Source: Oopsacas minuta (taxonomy: Eukaryota > Animalia > Porifera). Taken from it: a DNA stretch of 64,000 bases. The position numbers and the translations under genes were made by a program. Within the stretch, counting starts at the first letter, position 1; each line of letters begins with the position of its first letter. This document shows, in pieces, positions 1 to 11,131 of this stretch. Where the stretch lies: positions 124,001 to 188,000 of the forward strand of contig JAKMXF010000166.1 of NCBI GenBank assembly GCA_024704765.1, in the 5' to 3' direction. The notes beneath the pieces are model-generated. The model did no database searches, was not told the origin of the DNA, and saw only the letters and a program-made list of their open reading frames with translations.

Positions 1-223
1 ATAAAGTATTCTCATCGTGTATGCCATGCTAATAGGTATCTGAATTAAAATTTGATTATATTCATCCATGGTTTAAGTGTTAATAGTAACATCGTGAATG
101 AAACCCATTCAAGTATTTTAGCTTGTTACAAATACCTTGGACAAGAAAATATAATTCTCGAAATAAATAAATAAATATACAAATTAACGGGTAAATAAAT
201 AACTAAGTTGGTTTATAAATATA

Positions 224-916
224 TTATTTATTTATTATAGGGAGTTGATTTCGAAGTTTTGTATCCTCAAAACTTGTTTTCTTTGAATTTAATGTTTTAT
301 CATCCTTAGTGTTCGGGTTACGATTAGTCCTAGCGAGATAAGAGAATAAGTTGGGTAGCTTTTCCTGTCGAATCCCATTACCTCCTGCCTTGTTTAAGAT
401 CCCCAATAGCATCGAATGTACTTTCTTATTTTGATTAGATATGTGTTCTAGATTGGCGATTTTCGGTGTCACAACTATTTCAGATTCTTTAGCTTTATCA
501 GAAGGTTGAGTTACAGTTTCCACAGGTTTAAACTTAGATTTCCATTCATATGTGACCGGGATAATTCCAACAGCTGGTTCACTCTTGGAAAAATTAGCTG
601 AGTATCGTGTGCTAATGACAGGAATTAATTTACAGGTTAGATCTCTGTTTGATAGAGGTGACATAGTACGAGGTGGAATAGCTTGTTCGTGTACCGCACA
701 TACCGTACTCCCACTCACTCCGTATACCGGTTTCACATGAAGACTATGAGGTCGGTGTCGTAGCTGGCTTCGATCAGGTCTAAGAGGGGGACAGGGTCTG
801 TCCGATTTGAGAGGCGAGTATTCTCTGGAGAAAGAGAAGTGCTCGTGTGTGGCAGAACGGGGCAACTGATATTTTCGGGGTGTCATCTCCTCTGTTAGAG
901 GATCACGATTGTACAT
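224..916 (-). CDS. Orphan Ser/Pro/Arg/Lys-rich, probably disordered protein (230 aa); could be the last exon of a larger gene
   Basis: 693-nt ORF in AT-rich DNA; no recognisable domain; TAG acceptor 1 nt before the ATG (aatag|gATG). Confidence 0.5.
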   Translation of the reverse strand: MYNRDPLTEEMTPRKYQLPRSATHEHFSFSREYSPLKSDRPCPPLRPDRSQLRHRPHSLHVKPVYGVSGSTVCAVHEQAIPPRTMSPLSNRDLTCKLIPVISTRYSANFSKSEPAVGIIPVTYEWKSKFKPVETVTQPSDKAKESEIVVTPKIANLEHISNQNKKVHSMLLGILNKAGGNGIRQEKLPNLFSYLARTNRNPNTKDDKTLNSKKTSFEDTKLRNQLPIINK

Positions 917-954
917 CCTATTTGAATATCTAGTTGTAAATTATGAAAAAGCAT

Positions 955-1428
955 CTAGTCACCTCCCGTTATATCGAACACAGAAATATCGAAAAACCCA
1001 CTTATGTATACAAATTGGATAAATAAAGTCCAAGTAACCTAAATTTCATCGGTTAGGCTGATCTTAGTTGGAATTGGAAACATTTTCAGCTCCACCCCCA
1101 TTCTGATTTGGCCATTTTCTCAAAGTATCTCAGGTACAGGATGAATAAACTAGCAAATAGTACAAATGTAAAATAGATCCTTTCTTCGTTTTGCACATTC
1201 TAATATCATATTTGACTTTAGTAATTTTCATGTTTGTTTATAAATGAATCAAATTTCCTGCTGATACGTCACAAAATAATGAAATAATGATAAGGAACTG
1301 CTCGCATGCATGCATGCTCAGGTGGATCTCATGTGGAGCCGAAACAAGTTTCACTTAACAGTGCCTTATATCAAATCCGCTTGCCTCGGAGGAATTATCG
1401 CGGTTCCTTGAGCTTCGATATAACTGTA
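955..1428. mobile_element. MITE family A copy (Tc1/mariner/pogo-like, decayed right TIR)
   Basis: GTTATATCGAA (968-978) inverted against TTCGATATAAC (1414-1424). Left part aligns with 58850-58920 (...ttatatcgaacac.gatat..gaaa..ccc.cttat); right part GGAATTATCGCGGTTCCTTGAG aligns with 37205-37232 and 58973-58990. Confidence 0.6.
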
Positions 1429-1798
1429 TTTCTAATAAAATAAATAATCTGGATTATATAAATGTTTGTATGATTAGTTGATTCGTAATCCAATAAAACT
1501 CATTATTGTTAAAGTTTTACAAATAATCTTAAGTTAACCACAGTAATACTGGTATATGTAATTTCGTAGTTTGTACATACGTAAGCAATAATTAACGTAT
1601 TATATTATATTACAAAATATCGTCGCCTCTCTTCAGATGGCCCAGTTATGTCACCTGCCAAATAGAGAATTTGGGATAATTTATACATACGTATGAACGT
1701 GTCCAGTACAGGTGCTTAATGTATTATGATATGAATTTATATGACTTGTAATTATGTGCTCCTTGAGTGTGTTTCTAAAATATTTTGTGTTTGTTATA

Positions 1799-1990
1799 TT
1801 TAGTCAATGCCGGTTATAAGAACATCGTCGGGAACTGAACATAATGTTCTTATAATCGGCATAAAATATACAGGAATATATGAGAACCGTTTTCTGAAGA
1901 TGGTTCTTATATCCGGTAAAAATTCAATGGAGTAAGATACAAAAGATTCGGTAAATCGAGTTATGGTCCTTACAACCGGCATGTTCTGTA
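1799..1990. mobile_element. MITE with ATGCCGGTTRTAAG terminal and subterminal inverted repeats
   Basis: Left TAGTCAATGCCGGTTATAAG vs reverse complement of right end TACAGAACATGCCGGTTGTAAG; internal 17-bp hairpin 1809-1825/1844-1860 with 1 mismatch; ends in CTG-TA. Confidence 0.6.
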
Positions 1991-2304
1991 TCTATTATAT
2001 AATAATAAAAGCAGATAATAATTTTGAAGTCTCACAAAAACAAAATAGATCCGTGGTAACCCGGTTAGAAATCTTATACATGCCTCAGTATACCTCATCA
2101 GAGCACTAATACACTGTTGATGCCGATTGAAATACTAGTTTCATGCATTAAGAGGGTTGGTAATTGGTATTTAATTCAGAGACAATATAATGGCCTGCAT
2201 GTAATCATTTTAAAATAATTGGCGAATAACTAGTATGAGAAGTAATAATATTCCAAATCTGTAATAATAATTTACGTTCACACACCCAATCAGACAATTA
2301 CAAA

Positions 2305-2468
2305 TACAGTAAAACCTTCAGGAAGTGAACACCCGGGGGCCAGCCATAATGTTTATATATGAGAGGTGTTCACTTTTCATAGAATTGCGTGTATCATTGG
2401 AAAACATTTTGGGATCGAGCAAAAGTGTTAATCTTTTATAGATGTTCACTTTTGGAGGTTTTACTGTA
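2305..2468. mobile_element. Tc1/mariner/pogo-type MITE, 160 bp plus TA target-site duplication
   Basis: Left TACAGTAAAACCTTCAGGAAGTGAACA vs reverse complement of right TACAGTAAAACCTCCAAAAGTGAACA (first 13 nt identical); extra internal copy of GTGTTCACTTTT near 2365. Confidence 0.8.
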
Positions 2469-4214
2469 ATAAACTTCCATGTTCCTCTAAATTTCAACTA
2501 AATAAAAAATTTTTCCAGTGCATCACTGGTGAGTAATAGTTGAATTGTAACAATCTGCCAATGTCACTTTAATTAAAGTGATCTAGGAATTCAAGGGAAA
2601 ATTTGAAGCAGAGAACGAAAATTGGTAATTGGAGCGGTATAGCTAGACAATAAACCAACAGCCCAGTTTAGAATAGAATCGGAAAAGAGATTTTCCAGAA
2701 TTGTGCCTACAGAGGTGAAACACCTTTTATGGAATTGCAATTAGGAACCTCGCATTAATAATTAATATATTTTAATGTGTTTTAAAAATAAATTCCTCCA
2801 AAAATTCCTATTATCATGTATCAGTTTAGAGAGAATGATGGTATTTGTTATATTAAGGTTAAAAATCAATCGAATTAAGAGTGATTGACTGTCTTCATAG
2901 AATTTGAGAGTTTCCGTAAGCTAAGGGTGATTTTTCAAATTCTAGAAAACACCAGATAAATGAATTAAATTCTCAGGAAAATAGTTGATTTATTAAAGGT
3001 ATGTTGACGCAAATAATTAACACAGAATCACAATAATCGCATACTTTCCTCCTCAATCAGTCGCTAACTAGCAAAATCTTGTTTACTGGCAGAAATATAA
3101 AAATTATCGTCGTTATTATCAGTATAGAGAAGAATTCCTTAAGCGTAAGTGCGTATGAATCTTTCACGCGAAGTAGACAATCAATAAAAGAAGTATTCAG
3201 AGTGGATAGAATTATCACTTTGTCGTGAAAAGCATTTTTCAAACTTCTATCATGTATATTGGCTGAGCAGTTGGTTAGTAGTGTGATTTTTCGACAATCC
3301 AAAAAAGGTGACAATGATGTCATAATTTCGTCCAAGACTCGAACTTGTCCGAGTCAGTCCCAAAATACCCCTGTATGCCAAAATTAGCCCTGGGGGTCAT
3401 TCAGTTACTCAATCAATTCTGGACATACAGACAGATTAATTGCGTGTTAAGATATTAATGTCTTCTTCCCTCGTGTATACATATGGACAATATGGTAGTA
3501 CACAAGGCGTATTATGTTTAATATAAATGAATTAAAATAGTACTACCAAGTCAATTAATTAATTAATTAAATCAAACATACAAAAATCATAGAGCTATAG
3601 CACTCTATTACCCAGACAGATGCAATAAGTAGTATTAATGCAAATATTTTAATATCAAGCCTAACACATTCTTATCTACTATATAAATCTTGATGGCTGA
3701 GAAAGGAGGAAGGTTCGTAGAGCTGTGAATTTAGTAAGAGTGTTAAGTAGTATTGTATTAGCAAATTGGGGGAGTAACGACAATTTATAGATAATTTATA
3801 CATATTACATATTACAAATTACAAATTCTATCTGATAACAGCAAGTTAGTAGTGCAGTGGAACTCAGTATTTTGTGTAGGTAAGCTGGATATCTAAACTT
3901 CCTATCCTAAACGAATTGCTCCTACAATGTTACAATCGAGATGGAAACATTTGGTAATTAAACATGTGGGTTGTTGTCTATTACAGAGTTGTGAACAGAT
4001 CAACTTGTAACTTATTTCAATAGATATACCATGTTTAGACCGAGAATACGCAAATATGCTAGCTTATTAAGCAATTGCTCTAATAGCAATATTAGACAAC
4101 TAGAAATGTGCTGGAAATATGTTTTGGGAAAAACTACTCAATTAAACTTTAAGTCAAATCAAATGAGGCAATCTATACCTTTCTTACTTAATGAATAAAA
4201 CTCATTATGTATTT

Positions 4215-4292
4215 TCTGTTTACGTATATAACGAATTCACGCTTATAACAAATATAATATGGATGTGTTCGTTATAAGCGTGTTTCACTGTA
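4215..4292. mobile_element. Partial MITE (right TIR only)
   Basis: Ends TTCGTTATAAGCGTGTTTCACTG-TA with an internal inverted CGCTTATAAC at about 4240; no clear left TIR. Confidence 0.4.
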
Positions 4293-4302
4293 GTTCATTA
4301 TG

Positions 4303-4537
4303 TACCGTAATATGGGGCTACTTTGGCCCACTGGGTTTGCTTTAGCCAATATTCAAGTTCTCACGAAATTTCAATTCATTATATTAAACTTCAAAATGAC
4401 AGGAAAATTTACTCAAATATTCAAATATTCGTGGGTGTTTTAAAGTTTAATATTGAATCACTTCGAAATTTCTTAAGAATTTCAATATTTTGGGCTAGAG
4501 CAAACCCATTGAGCCAAAGTAGCCCCATTTTAGGGTA
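4303..4537. mobile_element. MITE with 45-bp terminal inverted repeats, TA-flanked
   Basis: 4303-4347 TACCGTAATATGGGGCTACTTTGGCCCACTGGGTTTGCTTTAGCC vs reverse complement of 4493-4537: 5 mismatches in 45 nt. Confidence 0.85.
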
Positions 4538-5606
4538 TGGGAAATCGTCCCTCCAATATCAAGTTCGCGTGAGAGTATTAGAAGGGAAATTCATGCCAAA
4601 TACGGCATGTAATAGAACTTGATATTTATCGTCGCCAAAATAATGATAAATATTTACATGGCATAACTGCAGTATGTCTAATAATTATATCTCGAAAATT
4701 ATTAACAATATTGAATAGTTAGAAAATCGCTTGTCGTTTAGCAGTAATATATTAAAAGCGATGTGTAAACTAAGTAAATGTGTTTAAAGGACAAAATTTA
4801 AGAAATGATTAAATGAAAAAGAGATTATAAATGCCATTAAAGAGTTCAATACTTTCCGATTAAGACGTCAAAACAATTACTATACATTAAATAGTTAATT
4901 GGGATGAGTGGGAATAACCAAAACAATTAATTCAATTCAAAATATCTTGAATTAGTATAATACATATGTGTTTCTAACTAGAAAATTTATAGAATTCCAA
5001 TATTCCCTAAGACATTAATTTGAATTCTAATAATTGGCCTCTCAAAGCGCACGAACGGCTCTGGCAATATTAATTGCACATATTAACACTATGCATAATA
5101 TTATCCAATTCCAATAAATTACATAAATATGTATGAAGATTGTTCGCAAGATTGTAGAAACAAGCAAATCATTCTTTATATAATATCGCCAAATTAGATG
5201 GAGAATACAAATACGTACATAATTGAAGTAACCGAGTAATGGAAATAGGAAATTTGAAATATAATCTCCTAATAGATATCAAAATCCTCAATCTCGATTG
5301 CAGATAATAGTATTATTTCTGACATTTCTATTGCGAAAGTAGTATCCAAGCAAATTATAAATTCAAAGGTTAATCAAACATAATTAATTAACAAATTAGC
5401 TACCACAGTGTCTTAAGTATCATTGAGATGTTAACAAATCTAATTGTATATAGGATAGTTGACAAGATTCCATTAGAAATAGCGTTACCATGATTGAATC
5501 CATGGTTCATTAACTAGTGAGCACATGATCAAACATAAATACTTACTACTTCGGGTGGAATGAAGTATCAAATAAATAATACAAACTCAAAGTATCACAC
5601 TAACTA

Positions 5607-7656
5607 ATGTCTAACTTGCAGGAAGCATATTATGATGCAACAATAGGTGGGCAAATAGAAGTGAAGGATAGTGATAAAAGAAATCAAAGATTGGTATTAT
5701 CTGATGTAGATTCCACACAAATTTGTAACGTCACTGAACAACAAAACCAACCGAAACAACAACAACAACAACAACATGAGGATGGCAGTGATAATTGTGA
5801 GTCAGGTGATTCTGGAGAAGGCTTGTCAACAATTCCGATATATTCACTCGATACAAGAGAATATAATGCAAATCAGAATAAATCAAAAAGAGAATGCAGT
5901 CCTAAAACAAATGATGGTAAGTTCCTTTTAGCAGGGAAAATTTTACAATAGAATATGATTAAACTCTTATTTATATTGAATTTAGATGGAGGAAGGAAGC
6001 GAGCTAAATTTCTGCCACAAGATGTCACATTACTAGAAGATTTATTTATCGAAAGCCAATATCCATCAACTGAGGTTAGAGAAAAGCTAGAACAACAACT
6101 CGGTGTTTGTGAAAACAGAATTTTGGTATGTTAATTACAAATATATTATGCAAAATTGTAGCAACAAATAATTAACAAATAATCTCTTTACAGGTTTGGT
6201 TTCAAAATCGCCGAGCAAAGGAAAAGAGAGAAACGAAAAAACTTCATAGAATCAGAAACATTAGAAAACAAATTGATTCAAAACTACAGCCACCTTCTTT
6301 CTGGCCAGAAGACCTCTCATTTAATTCCCCTCTTAGACATATTACTCGTAAGTTCTAATAAAATAATCAAACTTTTGATATTTTCAAAATAATATTCAAA
6401 GTGCTTATGAATTAACACTAGTGATAATTAGTAAAGGTTATTATTAAGCTTCGAGCAAGTGTTGAGTGGAAACTGAGAAAAAATGAGTAGCTTCGTCAAT
6501 TGAAAATGGTAGCCATTCAAGTTGAGAAAACATAAAATAAATAACAACACATCGTCTGGCACATGTTGAATTTGTCCAGGGTGAACTGTAAACATTATAA
6601 ATCGAATGACGTTTCCGTAGTTATTTCACTGATTTTGTTGTAAAACAAAATGATGTCCAATGTATTAACTGGTGTATATAGAACTTTGATCAAGAAATAC
6701 TTAGCTAATTGTTGGAAGGTATAATCATGTGTGTGTGTGTGTGTGTGTGTGGAGAAAAATACACATTGTGTTTCATTCACCTGCATAAAAATATATAAAC
6801 CTGTCGCAAAAATATACCTTTTAACAAAATTCCAAATTACAGTGCTAAACATCCATAATGACTTCCGGTGTGATATCGTAATTCCACCTTTAGATTAAAT
6901 ATATGAGAATTGCTTTGTGGCATCCATTACTTTGAAGGAACCAAAATTACCTCATTCTATAAAAAATACAAAAAACATACTATCATTATAACAAGTAGAG
7001 ATTCTACTTTGATCTCAGGAATTAGAAATATGTGAATTCACTAATAATGTGCTACAAATCTCATAACAAACTGACTATTGTCTAGGAAAATAATCGCTTA
7101 CTTACGAATCATTATTCTAGCTTCTGAAAGGAGAGCAAGGACAGAGGTAACAACTCCCACTACGCCTATATCAGAAGTTGCAGAGGATCCTATCAATTTC
7201 ATGCCACATAGTATTCAACCGCGTGTACCAGTTCTATCCGCACACCCCTTTACAGAGAGCAACCCAGCTTGTAGCTACCATAACTCAACCTATATGTTGC
7301 CTATAACAAATGAAATGCAATACACTCCAAGAGAATTTCCAGTTACGACTATTAAATCGATAACTCTTACACAAACTCTACAACCTTATGCGACAAATCA
7401 ATCAGAACCAATTCAAATTGAATCAGCACAATGGGACCAACCAATATACCCAAACACAATAAACTACCCTTGCTCGATAGGCAATTACTTACCAATACAA
7501 ACACAGTTCCAAGGGCAATCTTATCCATGGTTCAGTTCAAACCCTACGCTTGTACCCAATCAGATTACACCTGCTAACGTAACAATTGAGGACCAGTATG
7601 TACCTTCTAATTGCAATAATATAGCACACCTTAAACCATGCAAACAGAACTATTAG
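5607..7656 (+). CDS. PRD-class (Q50) homeobox transcription factor, 4 exons
   Basis: Exons 5607-5916, 5986-6125, 6194-6347, 7121-7656 join in frame through GT-AG introns (phases 1,0,1). Homeodomain RKRAKFLPQDVTLLEDLFIESQYPSTEVREKLEQQLGVCENRIL|VWFQNRRAKEKR, with the intron between residues 46 and 47 typical of the PRD class. Poly-Gln N-terminus, Pro/Gln/Thr-rich C-terminus. Confidence 0.9.
6728..6751. repeat. (TG)12 microsatellite in homeobox intron 3
   Basis: Direct reading of the sequence. Confidence 0.95.
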
Positions 7657-8141
7657 CTCAAGCTCAAATATTACGATGCTCCTTAATCACTAACATACAG
7701 CATAGATTAGTATTATTACAGTAATGATTTTTACACATTTTCAGTAATATAGGTTTCTTATTTTGAATGATGCTATGATTGCTGGCGCTTAAATGTTAAT
7801 CAGTTAAATACAAATAATACACTCAACAGTTCGTATATTTGAGATAAATGGGTGGGGTTAATAAATCGAGGAAGTTTCCTATGATATTCCCTAATATATT
7901 TCAATTAATTATACGGAATGCATTAATAACAATTTTCCATTGAACTGTGTCTTAATTACTCGCTACACGTCAATCTTATTCGGCCACACAAAGATTTACA
8001 AATCAGCAAACGGACGGAGGAATATACAACATGTGACACGATATACCTCAAGAAATTGAGCTAATTACTAATTAAGCTTGTCTCTGAAATTCAATCCCCT
8101 ATCATATAATATAATAGTTCTCAAATCAAATTTAACTCAAA

Positions 8142-9236
8142 ATGAGTACAAATAATTCCACTATCATATTGGGAAGATCTGTGCAAGTTGGGGCACAGGC
8201 AATAATTGTTGTCTTCGGATTCCTAATCGCATTACTCACATCTTGCTGGTTATACTGCATAATACAGAAGGTTAAAGATATGTTCAGAGAATTAAAGTTA
8301 TTAGGAAAAAGATCTATTGACTCAAGTATAAAAAGGAAAATTCTCAAACTAAAAAGCAAGCAAAGCAAACATTTATTTTTCCTATTCTTCATTGTGCTAT
8401 TCATCGCACATATCTTAGTCAGAAGTATAATATACTTAACGTTTGTTTTTGCTGAGTACTTCGGAGATGACCAGAAATGCTATTGTAACAAATCAATACA
8501 AGGATTGAAATTCGTGCATTCAATGCTTATGTATATATTCCCAATGCTCTCTATCAGTGGAGTATTATTCATCGCTTCTTTAATAAGTTTAGGAACATTC
8601 CTTCTTTACGAAAAGGAGAGCTATAGTTATTTCGGTAAGAAACTAAGACCAATTAAGATATGGATATTCATTGGAATAGTACAAATCGTACTAAGTTTCT
8701 TACTACAGATAATCCCGTGGGTGATTATAGCGGGTAGCGTGGTATTGTCATGTTCTCTGTTGCTAGACTACACATTTCTAGTTATAGCATTGAAAAGGTT
8801 GGTGAAGACACTCAAAGTAAAGAAGTTGGATGCTAACCACCAAACTGAGTTAAAATTTCGCTATAAGCAATGTATTAAAGGAATTCGTACTCTCTCTCGT
8901 CCGTCACTTATAAGTTTATTCGTATATATTTGTGGGCTAATTTTGGAACAAATATCTGTATGGATTACACTTGGAGAATGTTTCATGGTAAAATACTATG
9001 GGACCCACGATTTGAAAGTTGATCGTATATTAATCACAAATATAGCTTCCTTTCTTTGGATTTTTACTTACATAACTATTTTTCAATTCTACATAAGTTC
9101 TTTGCTAATCGCATTAGCATACTTTTATCATTCTCGTAGCAACAAGAAAGGATTGAAGGATGAGAGGAAAAGATTGATAACAGGGAAACCGCCAACTCAC
9201 TTTTACGGTGAAGATGGTAACGAGACAGATGCTTAA
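8142..9236 (+). CDS. Orphan intronless multi-pass membrane protein, about 7 TM segments (364 aa)
   Basis: About 7 hydrophobic stretches, N-terminal NNS sequon, CYC in a loop, basic loops and tail; no DRY or NPxxY motif. Confidence 0.75.
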   Translation: MSTNNSTIILGRSVQVGAQAIIVVFGFLIALLTSCWLYCIIQKVKDMFRELKLLGKRSIDSSIKRKILKLKSKQSKHLFFLFFIVLFIAHILVRSIIYLTFVFAEYFGDDQKCYCNKSIQGLKFVHSMLMYIFPMLSISGVLFIASLISLGTFLLYEKESYSYFGKKLRPIKIWIFIGIVQIVLSFLLQIIPWVIIAGSVVLSCSLLLDYTFLVIALKRLVKTLKVKKLDANHQTELKFRYKQCIKGIRTLSRPSLISLFVYICGLILEQISVWITLGECFMVKYYGTHDLKVDRILITNIASFLWIFTYITIFQFYISSLLIALAYFYHSRSNKKGLKDERKRLITGKPPTHFYGEDGNETDA

Positions 9237-9423
9237 TTAGAAATTATTGTATAAAAATTGGACTATGTAATGAGTGATATCCTACTAAAGTAGAATTTGA
9301 TATTTGTTAGATAAATGGTCCTCATTTACTGTCAAACTCTTTCTTTCGTAAATATGTGTATTAAACTAAAAGATAAGCATTGGGTTGATTTAATAATTTC
9401 AAACTAAATTCGTTATAGAACAT

Positions 9424-11010
9424 TCAATTCTTATTCCGGTCTTTGTGAGGATCTTTCCTACCGCCGGCTGGAGGGATTATCTTTCCAGTCGGAACAGAAA
9501 ATCTGGGTCTAGTCTTCTCGATAAATCTACTTTCAGTGTTCCACTCCCTACCTGTAGGTTTATGTAGTGTACTTTCAAAGTGAGATTGGCTCTGGAAGGG
9601 GAACGGCACTTTTATAACTTGATGTTTCCTCAAATCATCTTTACGTTCATCATTCAAAATCACGAGTGGAAGATTGAATTTAGCTTTTGGCCTAGGTTTT
9701 TTAGACTTTTTCTTCATTTCCTTTTTAGAAAATTTCTTATTCTCAATGTTTCCATCTTTACCTGCCCATCTACCCCATCCAGGTAGCGAGTCAGATTCTT
9801 CTAACTCTTCAGTTTCCTTTTGTTCCTTCTCATCCATAAAATCTAGAGTTATATCATCATATGCAAAAGCTGCAGCTACATCATCTTTGTTGAAACCTGA
9901 CTCATTCAATTGAGATTCTAACCATTTATTGTCACTAGTATCCCTACTTTCTTTATCTTCCGAAAGCAAGAGCACTGAATCTTGCTGTGGTTTAAGCCAT
10001 GGGTTCTTAGAATTTGAGATAAACCTAGAAATCTCTGAAATACCCTCTGTTGTATCGGGATGTTCAGTATCGCTATCATCATTAACCTGTGTTCTGGGAT
10101 GTTTTTTCATTTCTCTAGCAACTTCTTTTTGTTTGTGTAAAATATTCCTAGCATTTTTATCATTAAAATTTATTTTATTTAGCCTTTTTATCCATTTTGA
10201 TCCATGTGTGTGTTTGAGTGTGACTCTTTCCCGTATCCTCACTCTCTCAAGCTTGTCCTCGTTATTATCAAAATATGCATTCTTAAATTTCTCTTTTCTC
10301 TTCATTTTATGAAAATGTTTACTTTTAATTCGTTTTTCGCGTTTACACTTTGCTTCGTATTTTGACAGTAGAATTCGGAATCGTTTCAGTTCTGTCCTAC
10401 GCATCCTGGCTTCTTCAAGAGATACTTTCTCTAAAGCTCTTTGTTCAGCAATACTAAGTTCTGTATCTTTAAAATCAATAGAATTTACGTTATCACTTAC
10501 CATACCTAGCAATTTCTTCTCTAACAAGGAATTTGGCCTAAAATTGCTTGCAATGTCTTGTGTGGTTGTGATAGGATTGTACCTTGGCTCATCAAAAGTA
10601 AGAAATTGTGCTTGATTATTCGTAGTAACAAAGTGTTCCCATTTCCCTACAGCTTTGTTAGTATTCGTAGATGCAGCAATACGTAATGCACGAGATGACA
10701 CAGGTATTGATGTAGGTTTTTTAGTTACTTTAGATCGCTGAGCGATTGGGTCAAGATTTTTAGCTAAGTTTGAAATGCGTTCAGTATTTACTGTTTTGAG
10801 TACATCTTTCATGGATAATTTAGAATTTATATCCTTTCTACTTTTATTTATGACTCTTTTGTTGTGTATTTTACGATATATTTTGAGGAGATTTGAATTT
10901 TCATCTTGAGTTCCTTTTAATATTTCTTCTTTATCATTTGGCTGCTCTTTTCCAGTATTCAGCGGAGTGAGAGTGGTTCCCTGTAGGAGTTGTTCTAGAC
11001 ATTCAGTCAT
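9424..11010 (-). CDS. UTP14: U3 snoRNA-associated protein 14 (SSU processome)
   Basis: KREKRIKSKHFHK, RIRERVTLKH, LPGWGRWAG and VPFPFQSQSHFESTLHKPTGREWN motifs. First ATG is 11010 (the track opens at GTG 11016). Confidence 0.9.
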   Translation of the reverse strand: MTECLEQLLQGTTLTPLNTGKEQPNDKEEILKGTQDENSNLLKIYRKIHNKRVINKSRKDINSKLSMKDVLKTVNTERISNLAKNLDPIAQRSKVTKKPTSIPVSSRALRIAASTNTNKAVGKWEHFVTTNNQAQFLTFDEPRYNPITTTQDIASNFRPNSLLEKKLLGMVSDNVNSIDFKDTELSIAEQRALEKVSLEEARMRRTELKRFRILLSKYEAKCKREKRIKSKHFHKMKRKEKFKNAYFDNNEDKLERVRIRERVTLKHTHGSKWIKRLNKINFNDKNARNILHKQKEVAREMKKHPRTQVNDDSDTEHPDTTEGISEISRFISNSKNPWLKPQQDSVLLLSEDKESRDTSDNKWLESQLNESGFNKDDVAAAFAYDDITLDFMDEKEQKETEELEESDSLPGWGRWAGKDGNIENKKFSKKEMKKKSKKPRPKAKFNLPLVILNDERKDDLRKHQVIKVPFPFQSQSHFESTLHKPTGREWNTESRFIEKTRPRFSVPTGKIIPPAGGRKDPHKDRNKN

Positions 11011-11131
11011 GTTCACTTTTATAATAAATTGACATTAAATATCGTTAAAATATAATACAGAATAAAGTGCATCAACATTGTAGAATGATTATTTAAAGTA
11101 TCATTGAATGTATAATCTGAAGTTATAAACA

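Noticed and set aside
1800-1982. 60-aa ORF
   Set aside because: Coincides exactly with a MITE and its internal repeats.
3057-3335. 92-aa minus-strand ORF and exon-like plus-strand fragments at about 2590-3150
   Set aside because: TTG start, no recognisable domain, and I could not join the fragments into a consistent gene model.
4323-4622. 99-aa ORF
   Set aside because: Non-ATG start, lies across a MITE and a hairpin, no protein-like motif.
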